Source: Candidatus Levyibacteriota bacterium (GTDB taxonomy: Bacteria > Patescibacteriota > Microgenomatia > Levybacterales > UBA12049). Taken from it: a stretch of DNA of 59,883 bases. The position numbers and the translations under genes are program-made. The stretch is from contig JACOXW010000013.1 of assembly GCA_016182205.1 (NCBI GenBank), positions 1 to 59,883 on the forward strand, in the 5' to 3' direction. This document shows, in pieces, positions 36,244-45,210 of this stretch (position 1 is its first letter; each line of letters starts with the position of its first letter). The notes below the pieces were generated by a model. It saw only the letters and a list, made by a program, of their open reading frames with translations, was not told the origin of the DNA and searched no databases.

Positions 36244-37120
36244 AAACTCTAAGTTTTGCGCTTCTTGCCCGTCTGTTCTCTCTTTCCTCGTAATCAGAAG
36301 GAAGAATAGGTTTTTTCGTTAGAATCGTACCAACACCGTTATTTTCAAATCTTAGAAAACTCTTTTTTACGATTCTATCCTCTAAAGAATGGAATGTAAT
36401 AACTGCCATTCTTCCTCCTGATCCCAAAAGTGCTATTCCTTGCGGTAACGCCTCTTCAAGGGCGTGTAACTCATCGTTTACCGCTATTCTCAAAGCTTGA
36501 AATATTCTGCTTGCAATATGTGCAATCGTTCCCGTGCTATCTGCTCGTACCTTGTATGCTTTCGCGATACTACTCACTAATTCTCTCGTCGTTGTAATCG
36601 GATGTATCTTTCGATCTTCCACAATTATTTTTGCAATACGTCGTGCTTTTGGTTCTTCTCCAAGTTTTTGAAACAGTTCAGTCAACTCTCCCTCTGTTAA
36701 TCCGTTTACCAAATCTTTGGCCATCACCGCGGTTTCTTTATGCATCCGCATATCCAATGGTCCTTCATGCATAAAACTAAAGCCTCGCTGCGGCGTATCT
36801 ATTTGGTAACTGGAAACTCCTAAATCTAACAAAATACCCGCTACATTTTCAAATCCAGACTCTCTTGCTATCCGCCCAATATCTCTAAAATTCCCTCTTA
36901 CTAAGACTAATTCTTTCCCAATTTGAACTTTGAACTTTTCTTTAACATACTCTATCGCGTCTTGATCTTCATCCAAACCTAAAACCTTACCTCCGAGTCG
37001 CAAAATTTCACTCGCGTGTCCCCCACCGCCAACTGTTGCATCAATATACTTTTTTCCTTCAGTTATCTGTAGGGCTGTTAATGTTTCTTGTAAAAGAACC
37101 GGTATATGGTACTTACTCAT
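36230..37120 (-). CDS. rsmH: 16S rRNA (cytosine1402-N4)-methyltransferase
   Basis: HIPVLLQE, DATVGGGGHA, and FHSLEDRIVK. Confidence 0.95.
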   Translation of the reverse strand: MSKYHIPVLLQETLTALQITEGKKYIDATVGGGGHASEILRLGGKVLGLDEDQDAIEYVKEKFKVQIGKELVLVRGNFRDIGRIARESGFENVAGILLDLGVSSYQIDTPQRGFSFMHEGPLDMRMHKETAVMAKDLVNGLTEGELTELFQKLGEEPKARRIAKIIVEDRKIHPITTTRELVSSIAKAYKVRADSTGTIAHIASRIFQALRIAVNDELHALEEALPQGIALLGSGGRMAVITFHSLEDRIVKKSFLRFENNGVGTILTKKPILPSDYEERENRRARSAKLRVFEKL

Positions 37121-37562
37121 GCTTTTGCTTTTTTATCTCCCATGGGACCAATCTTTCTGAAATTCGTCCGATATTTTTTTCAAGTACTTCTCTATGCGCG
37201 TCCCAACGTTCCTTTGACCATACTTCTACATACCGAGAAAGTCCCAGAAACACGATTTCTTGCGTAATCCCTGCAAACGCTTTTAAAAACTCGGGTAAAA
37301 TGAATCGTCCTTTTGTGTCCAGCTCTATATCCGTCGCGCTACCGAGCAAAAAACGTTGTACCTCTCGTGTTTCAAATTGTATAAACGGCTTCCCTTCTGT
37401 TCCTTCAAGCAATGCTCTCCATCCGGCTTCTGAAACTATGATAAGTGACTGTTCGTAACCCTTCGTAATTATCAGTTTTTCTCCCAACTCTTTTCGAAAC
37501 TTCTTCGGAAATGCTACTCTTTTCTTTTCATCAACCCTTCCGCTGAATTCTCCAATAATCAT
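37113..37562 (-). CDS. mraZ: transcriptional regulator MraZ
   Basis: Two SpoVT/AbrB-like halves: DEKKRVAFPKKFR and DTKGRFILPEFL. First gene of the dcw cluster. Confidence 0.93.
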   Translation of the reverse strand: MIIGEFSGRVDEKKRVAFPKKFRKELGEKLIITKGYEQSLIIVSEAGWRALLEGTEGKPFIQFETREVQRFLLGSATDIELDTKGRFILPEFLKAFAGITQEIVFLGLSRYVEVWSKERWDAHREVLEKNIGRISERLVPWEIKKQKHE

Positions 37563-37626
37563 ATGTTTCCTCTAAGCCTTATGCTTAATGAGGCCTGCCT
37601 TTCGTTACATCTGCTTATCTAGATGT

Positions 37627-37651
37627 CCCACTTTTTCCCACTTTGTACCAC
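37627..37651 (-). promoter_or_regulatory. putative MraZ operator: three GTGG(G/T)A boxes at 10-bp spacing
   Basis: Minus strand reads GTGGTACAAA GTGGGAAAAA GTGGGAC, located 65-90 nt upstream of the mraZ ATG. Matches the known direct-repeat architecture of MraZ boxes. Confidence 0.6.
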
Positions 37652-37660
37652 TTAGTATTA

Positions 37661-37689
37661 ATAATGCGATAATTTTCACAAGGTGTCAA
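37661..37689 (-). promoter_or_regulatory. candidate dcw promoter TTGACA-N17-CATTAT
   Basis: On the minus strand, TTGACA is rc of 37684-37689 and CATTAT is rc of 37661-37666. Lies immediately upstream of the MraZ boxes. Confidence 0.45.
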
Positions 37690-37776
37690 GAGGCAAATAG
37701 AAGAAAATAGTGTGCAAAATCAGCCCAAAACACCAGATGTAGTTTTGTGTGAAAAATGCAGTGACCAATGGAGCAA

Positions 37777-38268
37777 TTAGAGAGACAATGTTTCTTCAGC
37801 TTGATAAACTTTCCCGTCTTTTTTCGTAATTTTTAAGACAAGCTTAAGGGGTGAGACAACTTTATGATACCGGCATACGCCCGAAGAACATGTTCCCAAA
37901 TCACGAAAATCGGTTGCAATCTTCGTATCGCCCGGTTTCACAGCTATATTGCCGTACAATGCTTCTGGAACTTGCTGGCCTTTATCCTCACCGGTCGTTT
38001 CTTCTCTGGTATACTCAATCGTATATTCGACATTTGAAATATCTTTTATATTTGTTATTTCAAATTTTACCGCTTTTGTGTCGTTTCGGGAGGTGAATTT
38101 TAATCCGAGGTCTTCTGTAGTTAATGTTTGAACTATCTGCTCTTGTTCTGCCTTTTGTGCTTGATCTTTTTCAGGAGGATTCCCGCCGAAGAAGTAATAT
38201 ACAAGTCCAGCAAGAACTAAAACTGCACCAACCGCAACTGCTATAACTACCTTCTTATCTTTAAGCAT
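37777..38268 (-). CDS. hypothetical membrane-anchored extracytoplasmic protein
   Basis: 163 aa with an N-terminal TM/signal anchor followed by a beta-rich domain. No motif recognised. Confidence 0.5.
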   Translation of the reverse strand: MLKDKKVVIAVAVGAVLVLAGLVYYFFGGNPPEKDQAQKAEQEQIVQTLTTEDLGLKFTSRNDTKAVKFEITNIKDISNVEYTIEYTREETTGEDKGQQVPEALYGNIAVKPGDTKIATDFRDLGTCSSGVCRYHKVVSPLKLVLKITKKDGKVYQAEETLSL

Positions 38269-38302
38269 AGTAAAATTGTAACAAAACTGTATATTCTGTC
38301 AA

Positions 38303-40822
38303 CTAGCGTATTTTGCCGGTGATATATGAAGCAATATCCAAGCACTGTATGCGCACCTGCTGCGTAGTATTCCTATCACGAACAGTAACCGTATCATCCT
38401 CAAGCGTTTGGAAGTCAATGGTAATGCAATACGGCGTTCCAATTTCATCTTGCGCCAAGTATCGCTTTCCAATATTTCCTCTATCATCAAACATAACAAG
38501 CCCTGAAATATTTTGTTTTAAAGTTTTATAAACAGACTGTGCTTTCTCTACCAATTCAGTTTTATTGGCTAAAAGTGGGAACACTGCTACTTTTACTGGC
38601 GCAATTTGTGGTTGAAGCTTCAAAACAACACGATTTCCTTGTCCTTCTTCCTCATAGCTGTCAATAAGTGCCATGAGAAGTAATCGATTGATACCAACCG
38701 CAGGTTCTATCACATGAGGTTTTATTTTCTTGTTTGTTTGTGGATCGATAATGCGAAGTTCTTGTTTTGAAAACTCTTCATGCTGCGACAGATCGTAATC
38801 TGTTCTATAAGCCAGCCCCCATAACTCTTTGTAACCAAACGGAAATTTATATTCTAGATCTTCAGTTCTTTTGCTATAAAAAGATCGTTCTTCATCTGTG
38901 TGTGGCCGCCACCTGAGATTTTCTTCACGAATTCCCAGCTCTCTTGTGACGAAATCCCACATCGATTTCTTCCATGCTTCAAATAGCTCTTCCCAATTAG
39001 AGGTCTCAGGATCGAAAAAATACTCAATTTCTCCCTGTTCAAATTCTAATGTTCTAAAAACCGAATTTCCCGGCGTTATTTCATTTCGGAATGATTTTCC
39101 AAGTTGCGCAATGCCAAAAGGAAGCCTGACTCGCGTTGAATTGACAACATTGGCAAAGTTGATAAACATCCCCTGTGCTGTCTCCCCACGAAGATAAGCC
39201 AAAGATTGGTCTCCCTCAACAATCCCCATGTGAACGGGAAATAATAAATTAAACTTTCGAACTTCAGTCCACTTATCACCTTTATTCTCTGAGCAATTTG
39301 GGCAAGAAATCTTGTAAAGTTTAATAATTGCCTCCATTTGTTCTGTATTTGCTCCTTCTACTTTCATAGTTTCCTTCATCTGTCTAATGATTCCTTCTCC
39401 AATTGACCTTTTATCCTCCTCGGAAACATCAGATTCTAATTTATCAAGATTTGCAGAGATATAATCCTCAATTAAATGATCCGCTCTAATCCGTAGTTTA
39501 CAATTTTTACAATCCACCAAAGCATCGGCAAAACCTGTTGCGTGCCCTGAGGCTTTCCAAACTTCCTGATGAGATATAAGACTGGCATCAAGCCCAACTA
39601 CGTCGTCTCGTTTATGCACGAAGAAGTCCCACCAAAGATTTCGGATATTTCGTAAAAGCTCAGCTCCCATTGGCCCGTAATCATAGGTATAAAGCGCTGA
39701 CGCAATTTTAATATTTTCCAGTTTTACGAATTCGTTTGCCATATGAGCAGTATCTTCGCCTTCATCCATCGAATGTACAAGAGTAGGTATACCATAAAGG
39801 GCCAGGTGTTTTGCGTCAGTAATTCCTCCCATCGTCCCAATGTGGATTTTTCTCCCAAGCTCTTTTGCAGAAACAAGAAATGCCTTAACTAGCTCTGAGT
39901 CTTTACTGGTAAGATGCGAAGGCATATATAAAGAGTCTTCGATTTCTATTTTTGCTTTCTTATTCTTTGCGATAAATTCCTTACACAATGATTCAACCCT
40001 TTCCGTAATATCTTCTTTTTTTAAAGGATACGGAAATCTTATATCTACTTCTGCCTCAGCATATGCTGGCACGATATTGACAGCGTGTCCCCCTTTAATT
40101 ACACCGATATTACGAGTTACACCTGAAAACAACGGATCATAGGAAAGATCCTTTAAGGAAAGCGATTCTAACTCATTGAGAAAAGAAATCAAATAACTGA
40201 TGGCATTAATCCCATGCTCAGGAAGCGATCCATGAGCTTGTTTACCGTAACTTTTTACCGTATAACGTACTACTCCTTTCTCTCCAATAATAATCTTATT
40301 GAGGTGTCCGCCATCAGGAACTATCGCGTAATCTACACGAAAACCTTTTGCCAGCAAGTATTCAACTCCTTTTTCAGAACCCATCTCCTCATCCGCACAT
40401 CCCAAAAGGTAAATAGCACCGGTAAGCTTTTTATGAGTTCTCAAAAAAGTCTTAATAGCAAGCCATGATGATACAAAATTCCCTTTACAGTCAATCACTC
40501 CTCTTGCGTACAACTTTCCGTCTTTCTCAGTCGGTTCAAATGGATTTGTCTTCCATCCATCTCCTGCAGGAACTGTATCCAGATGAGGGAAAAATCCAAT
40601 TGATGGTTTTCCATTACCAATTTTCCCGATGAAATTTGCCCGTCCTTTTTCTTTCTCCACAATTTCAACTGTCATACCAAGCTTTTCGTAGGCTTCTTTG
40701 ACAATTGGTTCAAGCGCTATTTCGTTTCCAGGAGGATTAACGGTATTTACTTTCACAAGGTCTCTCAGCAACTTAACCGCAAAGTCATAATCTTTTTGCT
40801 CAATAGTCATCGAGAGTATCAT
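38303..40822 (-). CDS. glyQS: fusion ORF: M20-family metallopeptidase (ArgE/DapE-like) joined in frame to glycyl-tRNA synthetase (alpha2 type)
   Basis: Residues 1-~372 carry M20 motifs HLDTVPAGDGW and ARGVIDCKG. From YDYGPMGAELLRN onward it is canonical GlyRS, with class II motif 2 FRNEITPGNSVFRTLEFEQGEIEYF and a C-terminal anticodon-binding domain. One uninterrupted 839-aa frame. Confidence 0.85.
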   Translation of the reverse strand: MILSMTIEQKDYDFAVKLLRDLVKVNTVNPPGNEIALEPIVKEAYEKLGMTVEIVEKEKGRANFIGKIGNGKPSIGFFPHLDTVPAGDGWKTNPFEPTEKDGKLYARGVIDCKGNFVSSWLAIKTFLRTHKKLTGAIYLLGCADEEMGSEKGVEYLLAKGFRVDYAIVPDGGHLNKIIIGEKGVVRYTVKSYGKQAHGSLPEHGINAISYLISFLNELESLSLKDLSYDPLFSGVTRNIGVIKGGHAVNIVPAYAEAEVDIRFPYPLKKEDITERVESLCKEFIAKNKKAKIEIEDSLYMPSHLTSKDSELVKAFLVSAKELGRKIHIGTMGGITDAKHLALYGIPTLVHSMDEGEDTAHMANEFVKLENIKIASALYTYDYGPMGAELLRNIRNLWWDFFVHKRDDVVGLDASLISHQEVWKASGHATGFADALVDCKNCKLRIRADHLIEDYISANLDKLESDVSEEDKRSIGEGIIRQMKETMKVEGANTEQMEAIIKLYKISCPNCSENKGDKWTEVRKFNLLFPVHMGIVEGDQSLAYLRGETAQGMFINFANVVNSTRVRLPFGIAQLGKSFRNEITPGNSVFRTLEFEQGEIEYFFDPETSNWEELFEAWKKSMWDFVTRELGIREENLRWRPHTDEERSFYSKRTEDLEYKFPFGYKELWGLAYRTDYDLSQHEEFSKQELRIIDPQTNKKIKPHVIEPAVGINRLLLMALIDSYEEEGQGNRVVLKLQPQIAPVKVAVFPLLANKTELVEKAQSVYKTLKQNISGLVMFDDRGNIGKRYLAQDEIGTPYCITIDFQTLEDDTVTVRDRNTTQQVRIQCLDIASYITGKIR

Positions 40823-40847
40823 AACACAGAAAGCAGAAAAAATGCAG

Positions 40848-41393
40848 TCAGGAGACGAACTTTGAGAGGAATTGCCGGGCTTTAAGTCGTCTCTCTAAGA
40901 TATGTTCAATAAAATTATTGGTGTTCAAAGTTGAAGTATCTTTTGATTTTGCGTAAAAGCCTAAATGTATTAAAATCGATAATTCAAATTCTCTAATTTG
41001 TGCCATATTTACTTTCCCTTCTGCTAAAACAGAAAGTATTCTTTGTAGCTGAGTGAAAATAAATCTTTGTTCCTGGTTTTCTGCACAAAGTCCATCTACA
41101 ATTTCACATATATGGTAAGCTAATCCAACTTTCTTCAGATCGTTTTTAATTGATGAGTAATCATCTACCGTTACTACTTCTGTTAAAACAGGCATTCCTT
41201 TTCCTTTATACAAAGAAGCATGTATATGATTGAGCAGCTCAATTGATGAAGCACGTCTGCTGGTTATCTTTCGTACCCCGGCTGCTTTTATAGATATTTT
41301 CCCGTGCCACTTGGTAAATATTGTTAAGATGCGATCTGCCTCACCAATATTTCTCCTGCGGATAACAATACCCTCATCTTTTATGTATCTCAT
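40848..41393 (-). CDS. recO: DNA repair protein RecO (short form)
   Basis: N-terminal OB-fold pattern DEGIVIRRRNIGEADRILTIFTKWHGKISIKAAGVRK. Confidence 0.8.
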   Translation of the reverse strand: MRYIKDEGIVIRRRNIGEADRILTIFTKWHGKISIKAAGVRKITSRRASSIELLNHIHASLYKGKGMPVLTEVVTVDDYSSIKNDLKKVGLAYHICEIVDGLCAENQEQRFIFTQLQRILSVLAEGKVNMAQIREFELSILIHLGFYAKSKDTSTLNTNNFIEHILERRLKARQFLSKFVS

Positions 41394-41424
41394 ATGCTCT
41401 TGAAGTAATTTCTATAAACTCTCT

Positions 41425-43434
41425 TTACGGTAAGGCTATCTTTAATTCTTTATCCGAGGTAAGATCAAATTTATTCACTTCTTTTCCATTTACCGTAATG
41501 CTGTAGGGAAAATTATTCGTCCCCGGCTGCTTCTGAATAAGAAACGGCAAAGTGTTGTTTGAAGGCTTAAATGGAAGTGTATATTTTATTGTTAATACTG
41601 CAGCTCCCTGTGGACGTACTGTTAAAAATCCTTCAAAGACTGTTTTCCCTAGATCCTGCGATGTTGTCATTTTTACTTCAGAGCCCTGGCTCGAAATAAG
41701 TTTGCTTCCTTTCGGAACATATATTCTTACCCAGTCCCGAAGCGGCGCATTAAGACAGAGTCCTCCACGCTCCAAATTACAATCTGACGGCGGATAGGGA
41801 TTTTTATAATTGATTGTTACTGTCTTTTCTATACTCCCGTCTCCTTGTTTTACAAATGCTTGAGACACTGATTCCGATACAAACAGATTCGCCTTTCCAC
41901 CGGCAAAGTTTGCCTGGTTTATATGTAAATAATCACCGTCAAACGACTTTATTCTTCCTGCCGCATTCAACGCTTCTACGCCATTTTGCGCATCTTTATT
42001 CAGAAGATAGAATAATACATGTTTCTGGTTGGTCTGAGAAACGAAATCCTGAAAGAGCGGCCCCCAATAAAGTTTTGGTGAAGATTTTAATGCCTTTTGC
42101 ATAATTGCATACAGCAGTTGTCCTAAAAGCCCTTTTCTGTTCTCTTTTATGTAGCCGACAGGCCGGGATATATTATCTTCCAACGAATAAATAACTTGTG
42201 GACAATCACATCGTTTATCTATCTTTGTCGTGAAAGTAAGCCCGCCTGCCTGGATTTCATCATCAAGAATTTTAATAGTGGATACCAGAACATGAGTATC
42301 CAGCCCTATAACGCCGTCCACCGGTACTTTATTTGCTGCCTTGTTATACATCTCCATAAATGTCTGCATAGAGTCCACAAAGTCAGGAGACAAGTTAGAG
42401 TCACGAAGATTAAATTGAGCTACTTTGGGTAAATATTTAAGAATCGGTTCTGGCGCTTTTGCTTTACGAGGAATCTGATTATCCAGATTATAGATATCGT
42501 CTGACCGGTCAACATGAATAACACCTTTATCCACGCTAAAAATTGCATACGCTGTGATAAATCCGCCAGTGGGACGAAGCTCTTTATCGTTTTGGAAGAT
42601 AACCAGGTATTTCTTCTCTTTTGATTCTCCAAGCAAAGAAGGAAGTACTTTGATAAGCGGCCTTGCTTCATTTACAAAAACTACTCCTTCGTCAGCAACT
42701 GTTTGCATGGTTTTAAGTTGATTCCTAATTTTCTCTCCCCCAAAAAACGGTGGGTAATGGTTGGGGTCTACTTCGTCTATTTCCTGCCGTGCCTTTTCAA
42801 GTGATCCTGCTATTTCATCTATTTTTGGTGTTATCTTTCCCATAGTGAGAATGGCTGTCTGAATTCTTTGCTCAGCAGATCCCATTACGAAACTTCCTTG
42901 ACCTTTAAGACCCAATACATCAGCGTATGGTTTCAAAGAATCTACCAGCACCAAAGAAGCGTTTAATCCCTCAAAACCCGCCTTCATAAGGTGGTCTGCA
43001 TCGTTATAATATCCTGAAGCAATCGGAATAAACCGAAGATATGAAATTCCTTGTAAATCTTTCTGTGTTGTGGTGAGGCTTTCTCTGGTTTTTGCCAGTT
43101 CCAAACTTGCAAGTTCGACATTCTGCTTTTTCATGGCCTCATACGCCTTTTGCGCTTGTGTTTTAGTAAGCATTGCGGAACGATATACTCTTTGGGCAGG
43201 AAGAACAATACCAAAAAATACAAAGATACCAAGTATAAAAAGAATACCCAAAAGTATAGATGCCTGCCGTTTAGGAAGTCGAATGTTTCTGCCAATTCTG
43301 CGTGTTACCATCATAGGTTGTTGTTCTTTTTTATCTACAGTCTCCTCAGGCTTTGCAGAAGGGGAACTGGACAGGTTGATCTTTTTAAATTCCTCCATTC
43401 TGTAATGATATAAAGCAATATGCTTTCCTGTCAA
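41425..43434 (-). CDS. DUF4012-like membrane-anchored extracytoplasmic protein
   Basis: One N-terminal TM helix. The motif NDKELRPTGGFITAYAIF is typical of DUF4012 proteins that flank glycan loci. Confidence 0.65.
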   Translation of the reverse strand: MTGKHIALYHYRMEEFKKINLSSSPSAKPEETVDKKEQQPMMVTRRIGRNIRLPKRQASILLGILFILGIFVFFGIVLPAQRVYRSAMLTKTQAQKAYEAMKKQNVELASLELAKTRESLTTTQKDLQGISYLRFIPIASGYYNDADHLMKAGFEGLNASLVLVDSLKPYADVLGLKGQGSFVMGSAEQRIQTAILTMGKITPKIDEIAGSLEKARQEIDEVDPNHYPPFFGGEKIRNQLKTMQTVADEGVVFVNEARPLIKVLPSLLGESKEKKYLVIFQNDKELRPTGGFITAYAIFSVDKGVIHVDRSDDIYNLDNQIPRKAKAPEPILKYLPKVAQFNLRDSNLSPDFVDSMQTFMEMYNKAANKVPVDGVIGLDTHVLVSTIKILDDEIQAGGLTFTTKIDKRCDCPQVIYSLEDNISRPVGYIKENRKGLLGQLLYAIMQKALKSSPKLYWGPLFQDFVSQTNQKHVLFYLLNKDAQNGVEALNAAGRIKSFDGDYLHINQANFAGGKANLFVSESVSQAFVKQGDGSIEKTVTINYKNPYPPSDCNLERGGLCLNAPLRDWVRIYVPKGSKLISSQGSEVKMTTSQDLGKTVFEGFLTVRPQGAAVLTIKYTLPFKPSNNTLPFLIQKQPGTNNFPYSITVNGKEVNKFDLTSDKELKIALP

Positions 43435-43445
43435 GTCCGCTACGT

Positions 43446-44111
43446 CTACAAAGCTCCTTTACCGGTTATCATCGCCCATGGACTCTTCAAAATAATACCA
43501 ATATCATACAAAATTGATCTGTCCTGAACATACGCAGCGTCCATTTGAATTCGTTTGTCAAAATTAATATCGCTCCTGCCGGAAACCTGCCAGTATCCGG
43601 TAATACCGGGTTTTACTGAAAGCACAACCTTTACTGAATCACGGGTATACGGATATTTTTTCTGCTGCTCCCGAAGTTCATCCGGATAATAGGCTCTTGG
43701 CCCGACCAAACTCATTTCCCCCTTTAAGACATTGAAAAACTGTGGCACTTCATCAAGAGAATGTTTGCGTATAAATCTTCCTACATTGGTAATACGCGGA
43801 TCATTCCGCAACTTATAACTGCCGTTTTTGTATTCCTGAAATAATTTAACAAATTCAGGATCAGTCCTTAGTAATTCATGCGCGTCCTGAATCATTGAGC
43901 GGAATTTGTACATCTTAAAAAGTTTGCCGTTTTTCCCGACACGCTGAGGAGTATCGGCAAGAATAGGACCTGAGGAATCCAGTTTGATAAGAACTGCTAC
44001 CAAAAGAATTATAGGGAAAAAAATGACAAGAAGTACTATAGAAGAAACTATATCCAATATACGTTTGGTTATTTCGTATACGGTGCTTTTTTTGATTTCG
44101 GTATACTCCAT
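43446..44111 (-). CDS. polyprenyl-phosphate sugar-phosphate transferase (bacterial sugar transferase family)
   Basis: KRILDIVSS...FKMYKFRSM...PGITGYWQVSGRSD. Start trimmed to MEYTEIKK to remove a 41-nt overlap with the upstream gene. Confidence 0.85.
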   Translation of the reverse strand: MEYTEIKKSTVYEITKRILDIVSSIVLLVIFFPIILLVAVLIKLDSSGPILADTPQRVGKNGKLFKMYKFRSMIQDAHELLRTDPEFVKLFQEYKNGSYKLRNDPRITNVGRFIRKHSLDEVPQFFNVLKGEMSLVGPRAYYPDELREQQKKYPYTRDSVKVVLSVKPGITGYWQVSGRSDINFDKRIQMDAAYVQDRSILYDIGIILKSPWAMITGKGAL

Positions 44112-44115
44112 ACGC

Positions 44116-45210
44116 TTATGTAAGGTGCTCGTGTGGAGTTCCTGCCAAACTCTCAACTAGTTTTTTAATTTTCGGGACTGAAGTTTTTGGGCAAACCAAT
44201 AAAACATCCTCTGTGTTTACAACCAGCATTTCATCAAGGTCGATTCCGACAACCAGTTGGTCAACATAATTAAACGCTAACGTATCGCGACTGTCCTCAA
44301 GCGTTACCGTACCTTTTGTTACATTCTCATCTACTGAAGCGGCCAATGCCTCTTTCAGTGCTTCCCATGCACCTACGTCACTCCATCCTAAATCACACGA
44401 GATAACATACATATTATCAGGATTCAATTTCACCAAAATTGCATCATCAAAACTTATTTTTTCAAGCTTAGGGTAATTTTCTGAAAGAATAGTTTCGTAC
44501 TCAGGAGTATTCCAAGCATCTCTTATTCTCATGAGCGTCTCATACATCACCGGCACAAACGACCTGTACAAAGAAGTAAGCTTCTGTGGAGTAGTAACGA
44601 AATAACCAAGATTCCAGACAAAGTTGCTGTTTTGGTAAAACTGTTTTGCTTCTTCAAGTGTCGGGCGATATCTGAGTTTATGAAACCTGTACGTTTGCAT
44701 TTCCAACCCGGAAGCTACTCCTTTATCAACCAAGTCTCCCACTTCGATCCATCCCATATTCTGGTTTGCAAACCTGGGTTTTTGGGCAATAAAAACAAAC
44801 GATGCTCCTTTTTCTAATACCATTTTTTCAGCCTCCTTCAGTACGGATTTGAATGTATCGACGTGTTTTACCAAATGGTCGCTCCATAAAATAGCTACAG
44901 GTTCTTTGGGAAATTGTTTTTCAAGTATTGAGGCAACAAGACCAATCGCGGGACCTACATCCCGCATTTCCGGCTCAAAAATGAGATTTTCTGAAGGAAG
45001 CATATCAAGTTGTTTACGTACGATATTTTCATACCGTTTTCCTGTGGCTACATAAATATCAGAAGGCGAAAAAGCAGGCATAAGTCTATCAACTGTTTCC
45101 TGGAGCGTTGATTTATCACCAAAGATTTTTTCAAATTGCTTTGGTGTATTTTTCCGAGAAAGAGGCCATAGTCTTGTTCCAACTCCACCTGCAAATATTA
45201 CTATTTTCAT
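44116..45210 (-). CDS. mannose-1-phosphate guanylyltransferase-like nucleotidyltransferase
   Basis: MKIVIFAGGVGTRLWPLSRKNTPKQF, the ManC-type N-terminus. Confidence 0.8.
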   Translation of the reverse strand: MKIVIFAGGVGTRLWPLSRKNTPKQFEKIFGDKSTLQETVDRLMPAFSPSDIYVATGKRYENIVRKQLDMLPSENLIFEPEMRDVGPAIGLVASILEKQFPKEPVAILWSDHLVKHVDTFKSVLKEAEKMVLEKGASFVFIAQKPRFANQNMGWIEVGDLVDKGVASGLEMQTYRFHKLRYRPTLEEAKQFYQNSNFVWNLGYFVTTPQKLTSLYRSFVPVMYETLMRIRDAWNTPEYETILSENYPKLEKISFDDAILVKLNPDNMYVISCDLGWSDVGAWEALKEALAASVDENVTKGTVTLEDSRDTLAFNYVDQLVVGIDLDEMLVVNTEDVLLVCPKTSVPKIKKLVESLAGTPHEHLT

